A stretch of 61,669 nucleotides of DNA from Candidatus Omnitrophota bacterium (GTDB lineage: Bacteria > Omnitrophota > Gorgyraeia > 2-01-FULL-45-10). Positions within the stretch are counted from its first letter, which is position 1. Every line of letters begins with the position of its first letter. The stretch is taken from contig JAQURV010000001.1 of assembly GCA_029004355.1 (NCBI GenBank), positions 1 to 61,669 of the forward strand, given 5' to 3'. The position numbers were made by a program, and so were the translations under genes. Under the pieces are notes generated by a model. The model did not search any database, was not told the DNA's origin, and saw only the letters and a program-made list of their open reading frames with translations. Below, piece by piece: positions 38,561-47,367 of this stretch.

Positions 38561-39687
38561 TGTGCGATATTGTGATACCGGTATGGAACCAGCTGGAGTC
38601 TACCAGGGAATGTATCGAAGCTATCATGAGGGCCACGAAGCGTCCTTACCGGCTTATATTGATAGATAACGGAAGCGACGGCGAAACGAAAGCCTATCTG
38701 CGGCAGCTTAAATCCGGGTCTTCGACGGAGATCAGGCTTATACGCAACGAGACGAACCTCGGATACGTAAAAGCGGTGAACCAGGGGCTTAAAGCTTCGG
38801 AGGCGCCCTACGTATGTATCATGAATAATGACACCATACCCGGCGCAGGCTGGCTGGATAGATTGATAAGTTTCGCCGAAAAGCATCCCGATATAGGCCT
38901 GATGAATCCTTTATGTAACGGCCATTGTGAACGCTCGATAGATGAATATGCGAAACATGTTGAGGCCAACGGCGACAGATATATGGAGATGAACCAATGC
39001 TTTGGTTTCTGCACGCTTATCAAGCGCGCGGTCATAGATAAGATAGGTTATCTGGACGAAGTTTTCGGTATGGGCGGATATGACGATACCGATTATTCGA
39101 TGAGAGCATTGAGGGCGGGATACCTGTGCGCGTCCGTCCACTCCGCATATGTCTACCATAAAGAGCATCTCTCTTTCAAGGCTGCAGGCGCAAGAGATAG
39201 CTTTACGCTTAAAGGGCAGGCGGAGTATTTAAAAAAATGGCCCAGGCACCTGAGGATAGGGACCGTCTTCTCCATAGATAAGGATGTTACGGATGACGGG
39301 ATAGAGACGGTTTTAAAGACGCTCCTCCTGCTGGCGAGAGAGTGGTGCTGGGTCAACCTTTGGATAATCGGGGACGAGGCCCAGGCAAGGCGCAGGATAG
39401 AGCTTGCCTCCGGGAAGATAGGCATGCCTCTTCACCAGAATATAAAGTTCAATTTTATCGGTAAGAAATTTGCGAAGCTTCAGACCTTCGTAAGGATAGT
39501 CGAACGCGCTTTCGGTACCAAGAAGAGAAAGAAGTATGATGCCGTATTTATCGATGACGATAAGACCGCGGCGCTTTTGAGATTTTTCTACCCGGTGCAT
39601 ACTACAAAGACGGTCTTGATGAAGCCGTGTTCCGGGATGACGGCGGAAGCCGGGCGGATAGTCGAAGAGATACGCGGAAGAAAGTAG
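38557..39687 (+). CDS. GT2 glycosyltransferase with conserved polybasic C-terminal domain (paralog A1)
   Basis: ATG 38557 makes an ATGA overlap with the upstream stop. Motifs are CDIVIPVWNQ, LILIDNGSDGETKAYL, IMNNDT and DDTDY. The C-terminal ~150 aa are unassigned and end in ...FGTKKRKKYDAVFIDDD. Confidence 0.85.
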   Translation: MMCDIVIPVWNQLESTRECIEAIMRATKRPYRLILIDNGSDGETKAYLRQLKSGSSTEIRLIRNETNLGYVKAVNQGLKASEAPYVCIMNNDTIPGAGWLDRLISFAEKHPDIGLMNPLCNGHCERSIDEYAKHVEANGDRYMEMNQCFGFCTLIKRAVIDKIGYLDEVFGMGGYDDTDYSMRALRAGYLCASVHSAYVYHKEHLSFKAAGARDSFTLKGQAEYLKKWPRHLRIGTVFSIDKDVTDDGIETVLKTLLLLAREWCWVNLWIIGDEAQARRRIELASGKIGMPLHQNIKFNFIGKKFAKLQTFVRIVERAFGTKKRKKYDAVFIDDDKTAALLRFFYPVHTTKTVLMKPCSGMTAEAGRIVEEIRGRK

Positions 39688-39725
39688 TCCCTCGCTGCGG
39701 GAGTCAAACAGCAGCAGCTCGGGAC

Positions 39726-39755
39726 GATTTGCGTACAGTCGAACTACGGCAAATC
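39726..39755 (+). promoter_or_regulatory. 5'-UTR hairpin abutting the Shine-Dalgarno of the next gene
   Basis: GATTTGCGTA (39726-39735) pairs with TACGGCAAATC (39745-39755), giving 10 bp with one bulged G and a 9-nt loop. GGAGG at 39756-39760 and ATG at 39767 follow immediately. Confidence 0.35.
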
Positions 39756-39766
39756 GGAGGATAGTT

Positions 39767-40888
39767 ATGGTAGAAAAAGTGCTGGTTACGGGAGGAGCGG
39801 GATTCATAGGCTCTCATTTAGTGGACGAGCTGGTCAGCCGTAAGCACAAGGTGAGGGTCCTCGATATCTTTGAAGAGCAGGTGCATGGCGGCAAGAGACC
39901 GGATTACCTGAATAAGGCGGCCGAGTACCTGAAAGGGGATGTCCGAAAGCCTAAGGACCTGGAAAAGGCGATGGATGGCGTAAATGTAGTATTTCACCTT
40001 GCCGCGCAGGTCGGCGTGGGGCAGTCCATGTATCAGATCAAAAAATATGTGGATCATAATACGCTCGGCACAGCCGTTCTTATGGAGCATATAATCTCGA
40101 ACAGGACGAAGTTGAAGATAAGGAAAGTGATCGTCGCAAGCTCGATGAGCATATACGGCGAAGGCGCTTACAGGTGCGACAAGTGCGGCCCATACGAGCC
40201 CATAGAGAGGGATGAAGCGGACCTTAAGAGAAAGATATGGGAATATTCATGCCCTGAATGTTCGGCCCCGTTAAGACCGGCAGCGACTACGGAAGAGAAG
40301 ATCCTGCGCTCAAATTCTATCTATGCGATCTCGAAGAAGGATCAGGAAGAGATAGTGCTCAACCTGGCCAAGGCCTATAAACTGCCTGCGGTCGCATTGA
40401 GGTTCTTCAATGTTTACGGCCCTAGGCAGTCTCTTTCGAACCCTTACACGGGCGTTTGCGCCATATTCCAGTCCCGGATCAAGAGCAATAATCCGGCCTT
40501 GATCTACGAAGACGGCCGCCAGACGAGGGATTTTGTAAGCGTGAAGGATATAGCGGCTGCGAACATCCTCGTAATGAACTCTAAGGAAGCGGATTATCAA
40601 TATTTTAATGTCGGTACGGGCAAACCTACAAGCGTGCTCGATATAGCGAAGACCTTAAGCCGGCTCTATGGTAAAGAACCGAAAGTCATTATAAAGAATG
40701 AGTACAGGGTGGGCGACATACGCCACTGTTTTGCCGATATATCTAAGATAAAGAAGCTGGGCTTTAAGCCATCCGTAAATTTTGACGACGGGATGCGGGA
40801 GATGGTGGAGTGGGGCAAGCGGGCGTCTTCCGTAGACAGGGTCAATGAAGCGGATAAGATGCTTGCCAAGATGAATCTAAAAATATGA
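39767..40888 (+). CDS. NAD-dependent epimerase/dehydratase (extended SDR) with inserted Cys4 zinc-ribbon-like segment
   Basis: 373 aa with GGAGFIGSHLVDELV and YAISK (YxxxK). The insertion is C137-x2-C140 ... C162-x2-C165 (CDKCGPYEP...CPECSAP). Confidence 0.85.
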   Translation: MVEKVLVTGGAGFIGSHLVDELVSRKHKVRVLDIFEEQVHGGKRPDYLNKAAEYLKGDVRKPKDLEKAMDGVNVVFHLAAQVGVGQSMYQIKKYVDHNTLGTAVLMEHIISNRTKLKIRKVIVASSMSIYGEGAYRCDKCGPYEPIERDEADLKRKIWEYSCPECSAPLRPAATTEEKILRSNSIYAISKKDQEEIVLNLAKAYKLPAVALRFFNVYGPRQSLSNPYTGVCAIFQSRIKSNNPALIYEDGRQTRDFVSVKDIAAANILVMNSKEADYQYFNVGTGKPTSVLDIAKTLSRLYGKEPKVIIKNEYRVGDIRHCFADISKIKKLGFKPSVNFDDGMREMVEWGKRASSVDRVNEADKMLAKMNLKI

Positions 40889-41985
40889 ACGTCAAGAGAT
40901 GTGACATAATATTGCCGACGTGCGGGCAGACCGCGCTTATAAAGGACTGCATAGAGAGCCTTATTAAGTCGACACGCTATCCTGTCAGGCTCATTGCAAT
41001 CGATAACGGCGCGTCGGAAGAGGCCTCCTCCTATTTGAAGGAGGTCTCCGGGTCCGGCAGGCTGGATATGGTCCTTATAAAGCCGCCTGAAAATTTGGGC
41101 TGGATCAGGTCGATAAACGAAGGGCTCGCGCTTTCGAAAGATTCTGAATTCGTCTCTTTCCAGAACGACGATACTGTATTCGCTTCGGGCTGGATGGAAG
41201 AGCTCTCGGACGTCTTTGCCAAAGACGCCGGGATCGGCATAGCGAACCCGGAATGGGAACTGCCGGAAGGCCAGGACGTAGAGACGCGCGCCGGGGAATT
41301 GAAAAAATATGCCGGCCAGACGGTCGATATGGACTGGTGCAGGGGACACTGTTTAGTTGTTAAGCGCGAGGTGGTCGATAAAATAGGCGGTCTGGATCCC
41401 GTATATATCCCCGTCTACTATGACGACAGGGATTATTCTCTGAAAGCGATAGAGGCCGGCTACCGGTGCGTAAAGGCGAAGGGCGCGTTCGTCTATCATA
41501 TCAGGAACGTGACGATGAAGAAGACGATGCATCAGCAGAAGATATCCGCGCTCATGGAGCGGAACGGCAGGATATTTTATAAGAGGTGGGGGTATCCGCT
41601 GCGCGTCGTATTCGCGTTAAGCGATCTGGCAGGCTCTAAGGGTATCCTCCGGAAGATGTGCATGGACCAGAATAAAGTAGTTGTGCTCTCGCGCAAAGGC
41701 GACAAGGTCCCATACGAACATACCAACATCAAGATACTGGGGTTTCCCGGGGCCTTCTTTGGCATTGCGGCCCTCCTTTATATAATGTCGAATAGAAGCA
41801 GGAAGCATCAGAAGAAGACGGACTTCATCTTTACGGATGACAGGAGGTTCTACTCGTTTTTAAAGCCATTTATGCGGTTTATTCCGGCAGACGTCATCTT
41901 CCGGGATAGCGTCGCTTCTTTGGCCGAAGAGGCCGTAAGGCTTACGAAAGAGAAGAAGGGTAAGGATAAGGGTTCGATCGTATGA
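40885..41985 (+). CDS. GT2 glycosyltransferase with conserved polybasic C-terminal domain (paralog A2)
   Basis: 366 aa with CDIILPTCGQ, LIAIDNGASEE, FQNDDT and DDRDY. The C-terminal domain contains ...IMSNRSRKHQKKTDFIFTDD. ATGA overlap with the upstream gene. Confidence 0.85.
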   Translation: MNVKRCDIILPTCGQTALIKDCIESLIKSTRYPVRLIAIDNGASEEASSYLKEVSGSGRLDMVLIKPPENLGWIRSINEGLALSKDSEFVSFQNDDTVFASGWMEELSDVFAKDAGIGIANPEWELPEGQDVETRAGELKKYAGQTVDMDWCRGHCLVVKREVVDKIGGLDPVYIPVYYDDRDYSLKAIEAGYRCVKAKGAFVYHIRNVTMKKTMHQQKISALMERNGRIFYKRWGYPLRVVFALSDLAGSKGILRKMCMDQNKVVVLSRKGDKVPYEHTNIKILGFPGAFFGIAALLYIMSNRSRKHQKKTDFIFTDDRRFYSFLKPFMRFIPADVIFRDSVASLAEEAVRLTKEKKGKDKGSIV

Positions 41986-42770
41986 CAAGTATTCCCGAAA
42001 GAGAGAAGTTGTCCGTGATAGTGCTGACCAGGAACGAAGAGGATATCGTCGCCAGGTGCCTGGAGAGCGTTAAGTGGGCGGATGAGATCATCGTGATCGA
42101 TGATAATTCCACGGATTCGACCGTCGAGATAGCCAGGCGGTACACGGATAAAGTAATAGCCCATCCATTGAACGGTAATTTTTCCGAACAGAGGAACTTG
42201 GGCAGCGACCGCGCGTCGGGTGACTGGATATTGCAGATGGATGCGGACGAATGCGTTACGGACGGCCTTCGTGAAAAGGTGAGCGAGATATTAAGGAGCG
42301 GATCCGCCATCTCCGCTTTCAGGTTCAAAAGGCTGAATAATTTTTGCGGAAAATTCCTCACTTCAGGCGGAGAGGGTCTGCACAGGCCTTTGCGGTTATT
42401 CAGGAAAGGTAAGGCAAGGTTCTCGGGCGGAAGGATCTCGGAAGAACTTAAGGTCGACGGCCCCACGGGCGAGATAGACGCGGTGATGGAGCATTATAAT
42501 TTTCCGGATATCCACCATTACGTCGCCACGCAGGATTTTTACAGCGGGATGGAAGCGAGGGCGTTATACGAGAAAGCGGGTCTTTTGCCGGAGAAGAAAC
42601 TCCGTAAAGAATTGATCTTCGGGCCGGTCAAATTATTCTTCAAGATATATGTAAAGAGAGGCGCTTACAGGGACGGCCTGCACGGCCTGGTCTTCGCGAT
42701 GCTTTCGGCCTGGCGGAGGTTCCTTATATACGCAAAATACTGGGAAGATAATCAGGAGAAATATAAATGA
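41982..42770 (+). CDS. GT2 glycosyltransferase, WaaE/KdtX-like (paralog B1)
   Basis: 262 aa with LSVIVLTRNEEDIVARCLESVKWADEIIVIDDNSTDSTVEIARRYTDKV and QMDADE. Confidence 0.85.
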   Translation: MTSIPEREKLSVIVLTRNEEDIVARCLESVKWADEIIVIDDNSTDSTVEIARRYTDKVIAHPLNGNFSEQRNLGSDRASGDWILQMDADECVTDGLREKVSEILRSGSAISAFRFKRLNNFCGKFLTSGGEGLHRPLRLFRKGKARFSGGRISEELKVDGPTGEIDAVMEHYNFPDIHHYVATQDFYSGMEARALYEKAGLLPEKKLRKELIFGPVKLFFKIYVKRGAYRDGLHGLVFAMLSAWRRFLIYAKYWEDNQEKYK

Positions 42771-44476
42771 GGGTGTTAGGTTTCGGCGGCCCGGGATTTT
42801 TACATGATCCGGCCGCGGCTATCGTGGTAGACGGGAAGGTGGTGGCAGCCGTCGAGGAAGAGAGGCTCATAAGGCAGAAACATGCCGTCGGTAAGCCGTG
42901 CCTTAAGTCGATCGAATATTGCCTGGAACAGTCGGCCACACGGCCCGAAGAGATAGATGCCGTGGCTTTCCCGTGGTCCTTCGACGCGTTCAACGCGAAA
43001 AGATGGCAATATGCTTTTAAGACGGCTCTTTCCGAGCCCTCCCGCGCATATAAAGCGATAGTCAAGTCCGGCAAGCAGTCCGCCTCTACAAGAAAGGCGG
43101 TCTTCGAAATGCTCGGCCGTTTTGGCATCAAGGTCGCGCCGGAGAAGGTCTTCTTCGTGGAGCATCATATCGCGCACGCCGCAAGCGCCTACCTCCTGTC
43201 GGGTTTCAAAGAGGCGGCGATCATGAGTATCGACGGAAGCGGTGAATTCACCTCGACGCTCTTTGCTGAAGGGTCCGGCGGCGGGATAAGGAAGATAAAA
43301 GAGATCGACCTGCCCGATTCGCTCGGACGGTTCTATTCCACGATGACGGCGTATCTCGGTTTCGACCCTAATGACGGGGAGTATAAACTCATGGGCATGG
43401 CGCCGTACGGCGACGCATCCAAAGTCTCCCTTTCGGATATCATCTCATGCGACGGCCGCACCTTTAAGACGAACCCGGAATATGTCTGGCCGATCCGCTC
43501 CCGCAGATATATAAAGTACGCGATGATACCCAGGAAACTTGTCGACCGCTTCGGCCCGCCGAGAAAAGGAGACGGGCTCGAAGAGCCGTATACTCACATC
43601 GCCGCCGCGACCCAAAAAATATTCGAGGATTCGGTAATGAAACTTATGGACTTCCATCTGGCGAACGTGCTCCGGAGGACCGGCAACCTGGCCTATGCGG
43701 GAGGGTGCGCGCTCAACGTTTCTTTGAACCGTAAACTTGTCGAAAGTCCCATGGTCAAGAATATATTCGTCCAGCCGGCGTCGCACGATGCCGGCACATC
43801 GCTGGGCGCCGCGGTATTCGCGGCTAATATGCTCGGCGATAAGATAGCGCCGATGAAGAACGCGTACCTCGGTCCCGAATACACAAACGACGAGATGATC
43901 AGGAGCTTGAAGAGGCCTGAGCTTGAATACCGGCACTCAAGCGATATAGAAAAAGAGGTTGCCGGGCTCCTGGCAAGCGGCGAGGTTGTCGGGTGGTTCC
44001 AGGGCAGGATGGAATTCGGCCCCCGCGCGCTCGGCAACAGGTCGATACTCGGTAATCCTACGATCCCGGGAACTAGTGACCGCATAAACGAGATGGTGAA
44101 GTTCAGGGAGAAGTGGAGGCCGTTCTGCCCTTCGATATTGCGCGAATACGCAAAAGAGATCATAGGCAGAGATATGGACGCGCCGTTCATGACGCTCAGT
44201 TTTCAAGTTACGGAAAAATGGAAAGGCCGGATACCCGAAGTCGTGCATGTCGACGGGTCTATGCGGCCGCAGACCGTCAGCGGGGATGATAACCCCAGGT
44301 TCCACCGGTTGCTCAAGCATTTCTTTGAGAAGACCGGTGTGCCGGTCTTGATAAATACGTCCCTTAACAGGAGAGGCGAGCCGATGGTGTGCAGCCCCGA
44401 AGATGCCGTTACGATGTATCTCGGTTCAGGGCTTGACTACCTGGCGATAGGCGATTTTCTCGCCCGCCGTAAATAG
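42767..44476 (+). CDS. Carbamoyltransferase (NodU/CmcH family)
   Basis: 569 aa with MRVLGFGG..HDPAAAIVVDGKVVAAVEEERLIRQKH, EHHIAHAASAY and a C-terminal FGPRALGNRSILGNP. Confidence 0.9.
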   Translation: MRVLGFGGPGFLHDPAAAIVVDGKVVAAVEEERLIRQKHAVGKPCLKSIEYCLEQSATRPEEIDAVAFPWSFDAFNAKRWQYAFKTALSEPSRAYKAIVKSGKQSASTRKAVFEMLGRFGIKVAPEKVFFVEHHIAHAASAYLLSGFKEAAIMSIDGSGEFTSTLFAEGSGGGIRKIKEIDLPDSLGRFYSTMTAYLGFDPNDGEYKLMGMAPYGDASKVSLSDIISCDGRTFKTNPEYVWPIRSRRYIKYAMIPRKLVDRFGPPRKGDGLEEPYTHIAAATQKIFEDSVMKLMDFHLANVLRRTGNLAYAGGCALNVSLNRKLVESPMVKNIFVQPASHDAGTSLGAAVFAANMLGDKIAPMKNAYLGPEYTNDEMIRSLKRPELEYRHSSDIEKEVAGLLASGEVVGWFQGRMEFGPRALGNRSILGNPTIPGTSDRINEMVKFREKWRPFCPSILREYAKEIIGRDMDAPFMTLSFQVTEKWKGRIPEVVHVDGSMRPQTVSGDDNPRFHRLLKHFFEKTGVPVLINTSLNRRGEPMVCSPEDAVTMYLGSGLDYLAIGDFLARRK

Positions 44477-44482
44477 GTAAAT

Positions 44483-45499
44483 ATGAATTGTGATATTGTT
44501 ATACCCGTCTGGAACCAGTTTGCGCTTACGAAAGATTGCATAGAATCCATCTTTAAAAATACGGCTGACGCAGGGTTCAAGTTGATCATAATCGATAACG
44601 CCAGCGATGAAGAGACGAGGCGTTACTTAGCCGGGGTCAAAGAGCAGTGGAGCGGTAAGGTCATCCTGGTAAGGAACGATACCAACTTAGGATTTATAAA
44701 GGCGGTCAACCAGGGCCTGGCCGCCTCAAGCGCCCCGTACATCTGCCTGTTGAATAACGACACGCTCGTTACAAAAAATTGGCTGAAGGAGATGATCGCC
44801 ATCGCCGAATCCGCGGACGATATCGGACTGGTAAATCCGTCGAGTAATAATCTCGGACAGAGCCCTGCCAAAGGCGAACCGCTCGAGCTGTATGCCGAGA
44901 AGATGGCAAAAGAGTCAGGGAGCTTTATCGAATTGGGCGCCGCCATAGGGTTCTGCATGCTCATTAAAAGAAGGGTTTATGAGAAGATAGGGGTCTTCGA
45001 CGAAATATACGGCATGGGGAATTTTGACGACACGGACTTTTCGAGAAGGGCCGTGCAGGCAGGCTACAGGTGCGTGAGGGCCTGCGGCGCCTATGTCTAT
45101 CACAGGCAGAATACGTCTTTTAATAAGGTCAAGACATTCGATGAAGACTTTAAGCGGAACAGGGAGATCTATGAATTCAGGTGGGGGAGACCTAAGAGGA
45201 TCGCCTACGTATTCGACAAGGTCGATACCAATGTCTTGAGGAAGATGAACGGGGATGCCGTAAGCCTTGCGAGGAACGGCAACTGGATATGGTATTTCAT
45301 AAAGGATCCCATAGTGGTACCGAAGCACTCGAATATAATAGTCAAATATTTCCAGGGAGAGTGGTTCTACCCGAAAGTCATATTCACGATATTAAAGAAG
45401 AAGAAGAAATTCAATGAAATAGTCCTCGGCGAAGAGAGCGCCGGTAAATTGCTGGCGGGGCTCAGCTTTATTCATAAGGCTCAAATAAAGTACTATTAA
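44483..45499 (+). CDS. GT2 glycosyltransferase with conserved polybasic C-terminal domain (paralog A3)
   Basis: 338 aa with CDIVIPVWNQ, LIIIDNASDEETRRYL, LLNNDT and DDTDF. The C-terminal domain contains ...FTILKKKKKFNEIVLGEE. Confidence 0.85.
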   Translation: MNCDIVIPVWNQFALTKDCIESIFKNTADAGFKLIIIDNASDEETRRYLAGVKEQWSGKVILVRNDTNLGFIKAVNQGLAASSAPYICLLNNDTLVTKNWLKEMIAIAESADDIGLVNPSSNNLGQSPAKGEPLELYAEKMAKESGSFIELGAAIGFCMLIKRRVYEKIGVFDEIYGMGNFDDTDFSRRAVQAGYRCVRACGAYVYHRQNTSFNKVKTFDEDFKRNREIYEFRWGRPKRIAYVFDKVDTNVLRKMNGDAVSLARNGNWIWYFIKDPIVVPKHSNIIVKYFQGEWFYPKVIFTILKKKKKFNEIVLGEESAGKLLAGLSFIHKAQIKYY

Positions 45500-45526
45500 G
45501 ATCTTCAAAAATTTCAAAGGAGTTAT

Positions 45527-46288
45527 ATGGAAAAGATCCCGGTCTCGGTAGTGGTCATAACAAAGAACGAAGAAGCGAATATAGCCGATTGCCTGAAGAG
45601 TGTTCCGTGGGCGGATGAGATCGTGGTCCTCGACGACGACAGTACCGACAAGACCGTCTCCATCGCAACGCAATATACGGATAAGGTATTCTCGCGCAAG
45701 ATGGACATCGAAGGCCGGCACAGGAACTACGCGTATTCTTTAGCGAAGAACGACTGGGTCCTGTCTCTCGACGCCGACGAACGCGCGAGCCGGGAACTGG
45801 AGACCGAACTGCGGGAGCTCTTCAAAGGCGGGATGAAGGATAAGGCCTATTCGATACCGATAAAGACTTTTATCGGGAAGCGCTGGATAAGATACAGCGG
45901 ATGGTACCCTGCGCCCAAGGTGCGCCTGTTCGACAAGGGTCACTTTAAGTACGAAGAGGCCGAGGTCCATCCCAGGGTCTTCATCGACGGATCTTGCGGC
46001 CGCCTTACAAAAGACATAGTGCACTATTCATACAGGGATTTTCATGATTTCTTCCAGAGCCTCAATAACCAGACGACGCTTGAGGCGAAGAAATGGTTCA
46101 AAGAGAGGCGCAAGATAGGCTTCCTTAAGATGTACAGGAAAGCCATAAGCAGATTTTTAAAAGCTTACATTCAGAAGCAGGGTTTTAAAGACGGCTTTTT
46201 AGGTTTTGTGGTATCTTACAACGGCGGATTATATCAATTCATGAGTTATGTAAAATATCAAGAGATGCTGGATAATGAAAGAAAATAG
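45527..46288 (+). CDS. GT2 glycosyltransferase, WaaE/KdtX-like (paralog B2)
   Basis: 253 aa with an AAGGAG SD. Motifs are VSVVVITKNEEANIADCLKSVPWADEIVVLDDDSTDKTVSIATQYTDKV and SLDADE. Confidence 0.85.
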   Translation: MEKIPVSVVVITKNEEANIADCLKSVPWADEIVVLDDDSTDKTVSIATQYTDKVFSRKMDIEGRHRNYAYSLAKNDWVLSLDADERASRELETELRELFKGGMKDKAYSIPIKTFIGKRWIRYSGWYPAPKVRLFDKGHFKYEEAEVHPRVFIDGSCGRLTKDIVHYSYRDFHDFFQSLNNQTTLEAKKWFKERRKIGFLKMYRKAISRFLKAYIQKQGFKDGFLGFVVSYNGGLYQFMSYVKYQEMLDNERK

Positions 46289-47357
46289 CTGCGATATAAT
46301 AATGCCGGTCTGGAACGAGCCGGATGTCACGAGGGAATGCGTGGATTCCATCGTTGAACACACCCGCTATCCTTACAGGCTGGTCATAATAGACAACGCG
46401 AGCGATGCCCCGACAAAGGAGTATCTTCTGAGCCTGAACGGGCGGGCGGATGTGAAGGCGGAGATCATAAGAAATGAAGAGAACCTTGGTTTTGTGAAGG
46501 CCGTTAACCAGGGGATAAGATTTTCGGACGCGCCTTATATCTGCATCATGAACAACGACACGGTCGCTACGGAAGGCTGGTTGGAGACGATGGTAGCCGC
46601 TATGGAGGGCCACAAGGATGTGGGGCTCATAAATCCCACGAGCAATACCTTCAGCCATGATCCGGATGCGGGCGAGACGATAGATCAATACGCCGCCAAA
46701 CTGCGCCGTTTTACGAATAAGGTGCAGGAGCTCCACTGCTGCCGCTTCTTCTGCACGGTCATAAAACGGGAGGTCCTGGAAAAGCTGGGACCGCTCGACG
46801 AGATATACCATCTCGGCTATTTCGACGATACGGACTATTGCAAGAGGGCCCAGGGCTTGGGTTACAGGACGGCCCGCGCTAAGGGCGCATATGTCTACCA
46901 TAAAGAGAATACGAGCTTCAAGAAGCTGCGGGATAACAGCGCCCTCTTCAAGGCTAACGAGAAGATATTCCTGGAACGCTGGGGGCGGCATGTCAGGGTA
47001 GGGTATTTCCTCGACAAGATAAGGTCGAAAGAGAAGATAAATGAGGTGGCCGTTGAGGCGGCAAGGAGCGGGCACCAGATATTCCTGTTCATCAAAAAAG
47101 GTCTGGAATGGCCCGTAGGGCTGGATCATTACGACATAGTAAGGGTCGATGTAAATCCGCACCTCTTCGGCATCGTCTCGATATATAAGATCCTCAAGCG
47201 AAAGAAGAAGAAGGGCATAGAGGTCCTCCTGACGGACAGCCCTCTCTTCGGGGCTGTCCTTAATCTGACAAGATTTCTGCACGGTTCAGATGTATTCGTC
47301 AATGTCAGGAAAGAAGCGCTTATGGACAGGCTTAAAGAAAGATCGAAGATATTTTAA
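46275..47357 (+). CDS. GT2 glycosyltransferase with conserved polybasic C-terminal domain (paralog A4)
   Basis: 360 aa with CDIIMPVWNE, LVIIDNASDAPTKEYL, IMNNDT and DDTDY. The C-terminal domain contains ...IYKILKRKKKKGIEVLLTDS. Confidence 0.85.
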   Translation: MKENSCDIIMPVWNEPDVTRECVDSIVEHTRYPYRLVIIDNASDAPTKEYLLSLNGRADVKAEIIRNEENLGFVKAVNQGIRFSDAPYICIMNNDTVATEGWLETMVAAMEGHKDVGLINPTSNTFSHDPDAGETIDQYAAKLRRFTNKVQELHCCRFFCTVIKREVLEKLGPLDEIYHLGYFDDTDYCKRAQGLGYRTARAKGAYVYHKENTSFKKLRDNSALFKANEKIFLERWGRHVRVGYFLDKIRSKEKINEVAVEAARSGHQIFLFIKKGLEWPVGLDHYDIVRVDVNPHLFGIVSIYKILKRKKKKGIEVLLTDSPLFGAVLNLTRFLHGSDVFVNVRKEALMDRLKERSKIF

Positions 47358-47367
47358 AGGGGGCGCC

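Noticed and set aside
45393-45408. AAG/AAA lysine-codon runs (here and at about 47197-47215) as possible phase-variable simple-sequence repeats.
   Set aside because: There are only about 4-5 repeat units and they encode the conserved polybasic patch of the GT2 C-terminal domain. That is too short and too functionally constrained to call slipped-strand switches.
46239-47282. A 347-aa minus-strand ORF.
   Set aside because: It is exactly antisense to GT2 paralog A4, which has strong family motifs and paralogs in the same orientation. I saw no motif in the antisense product, and there is no room for a promoter or RBS.
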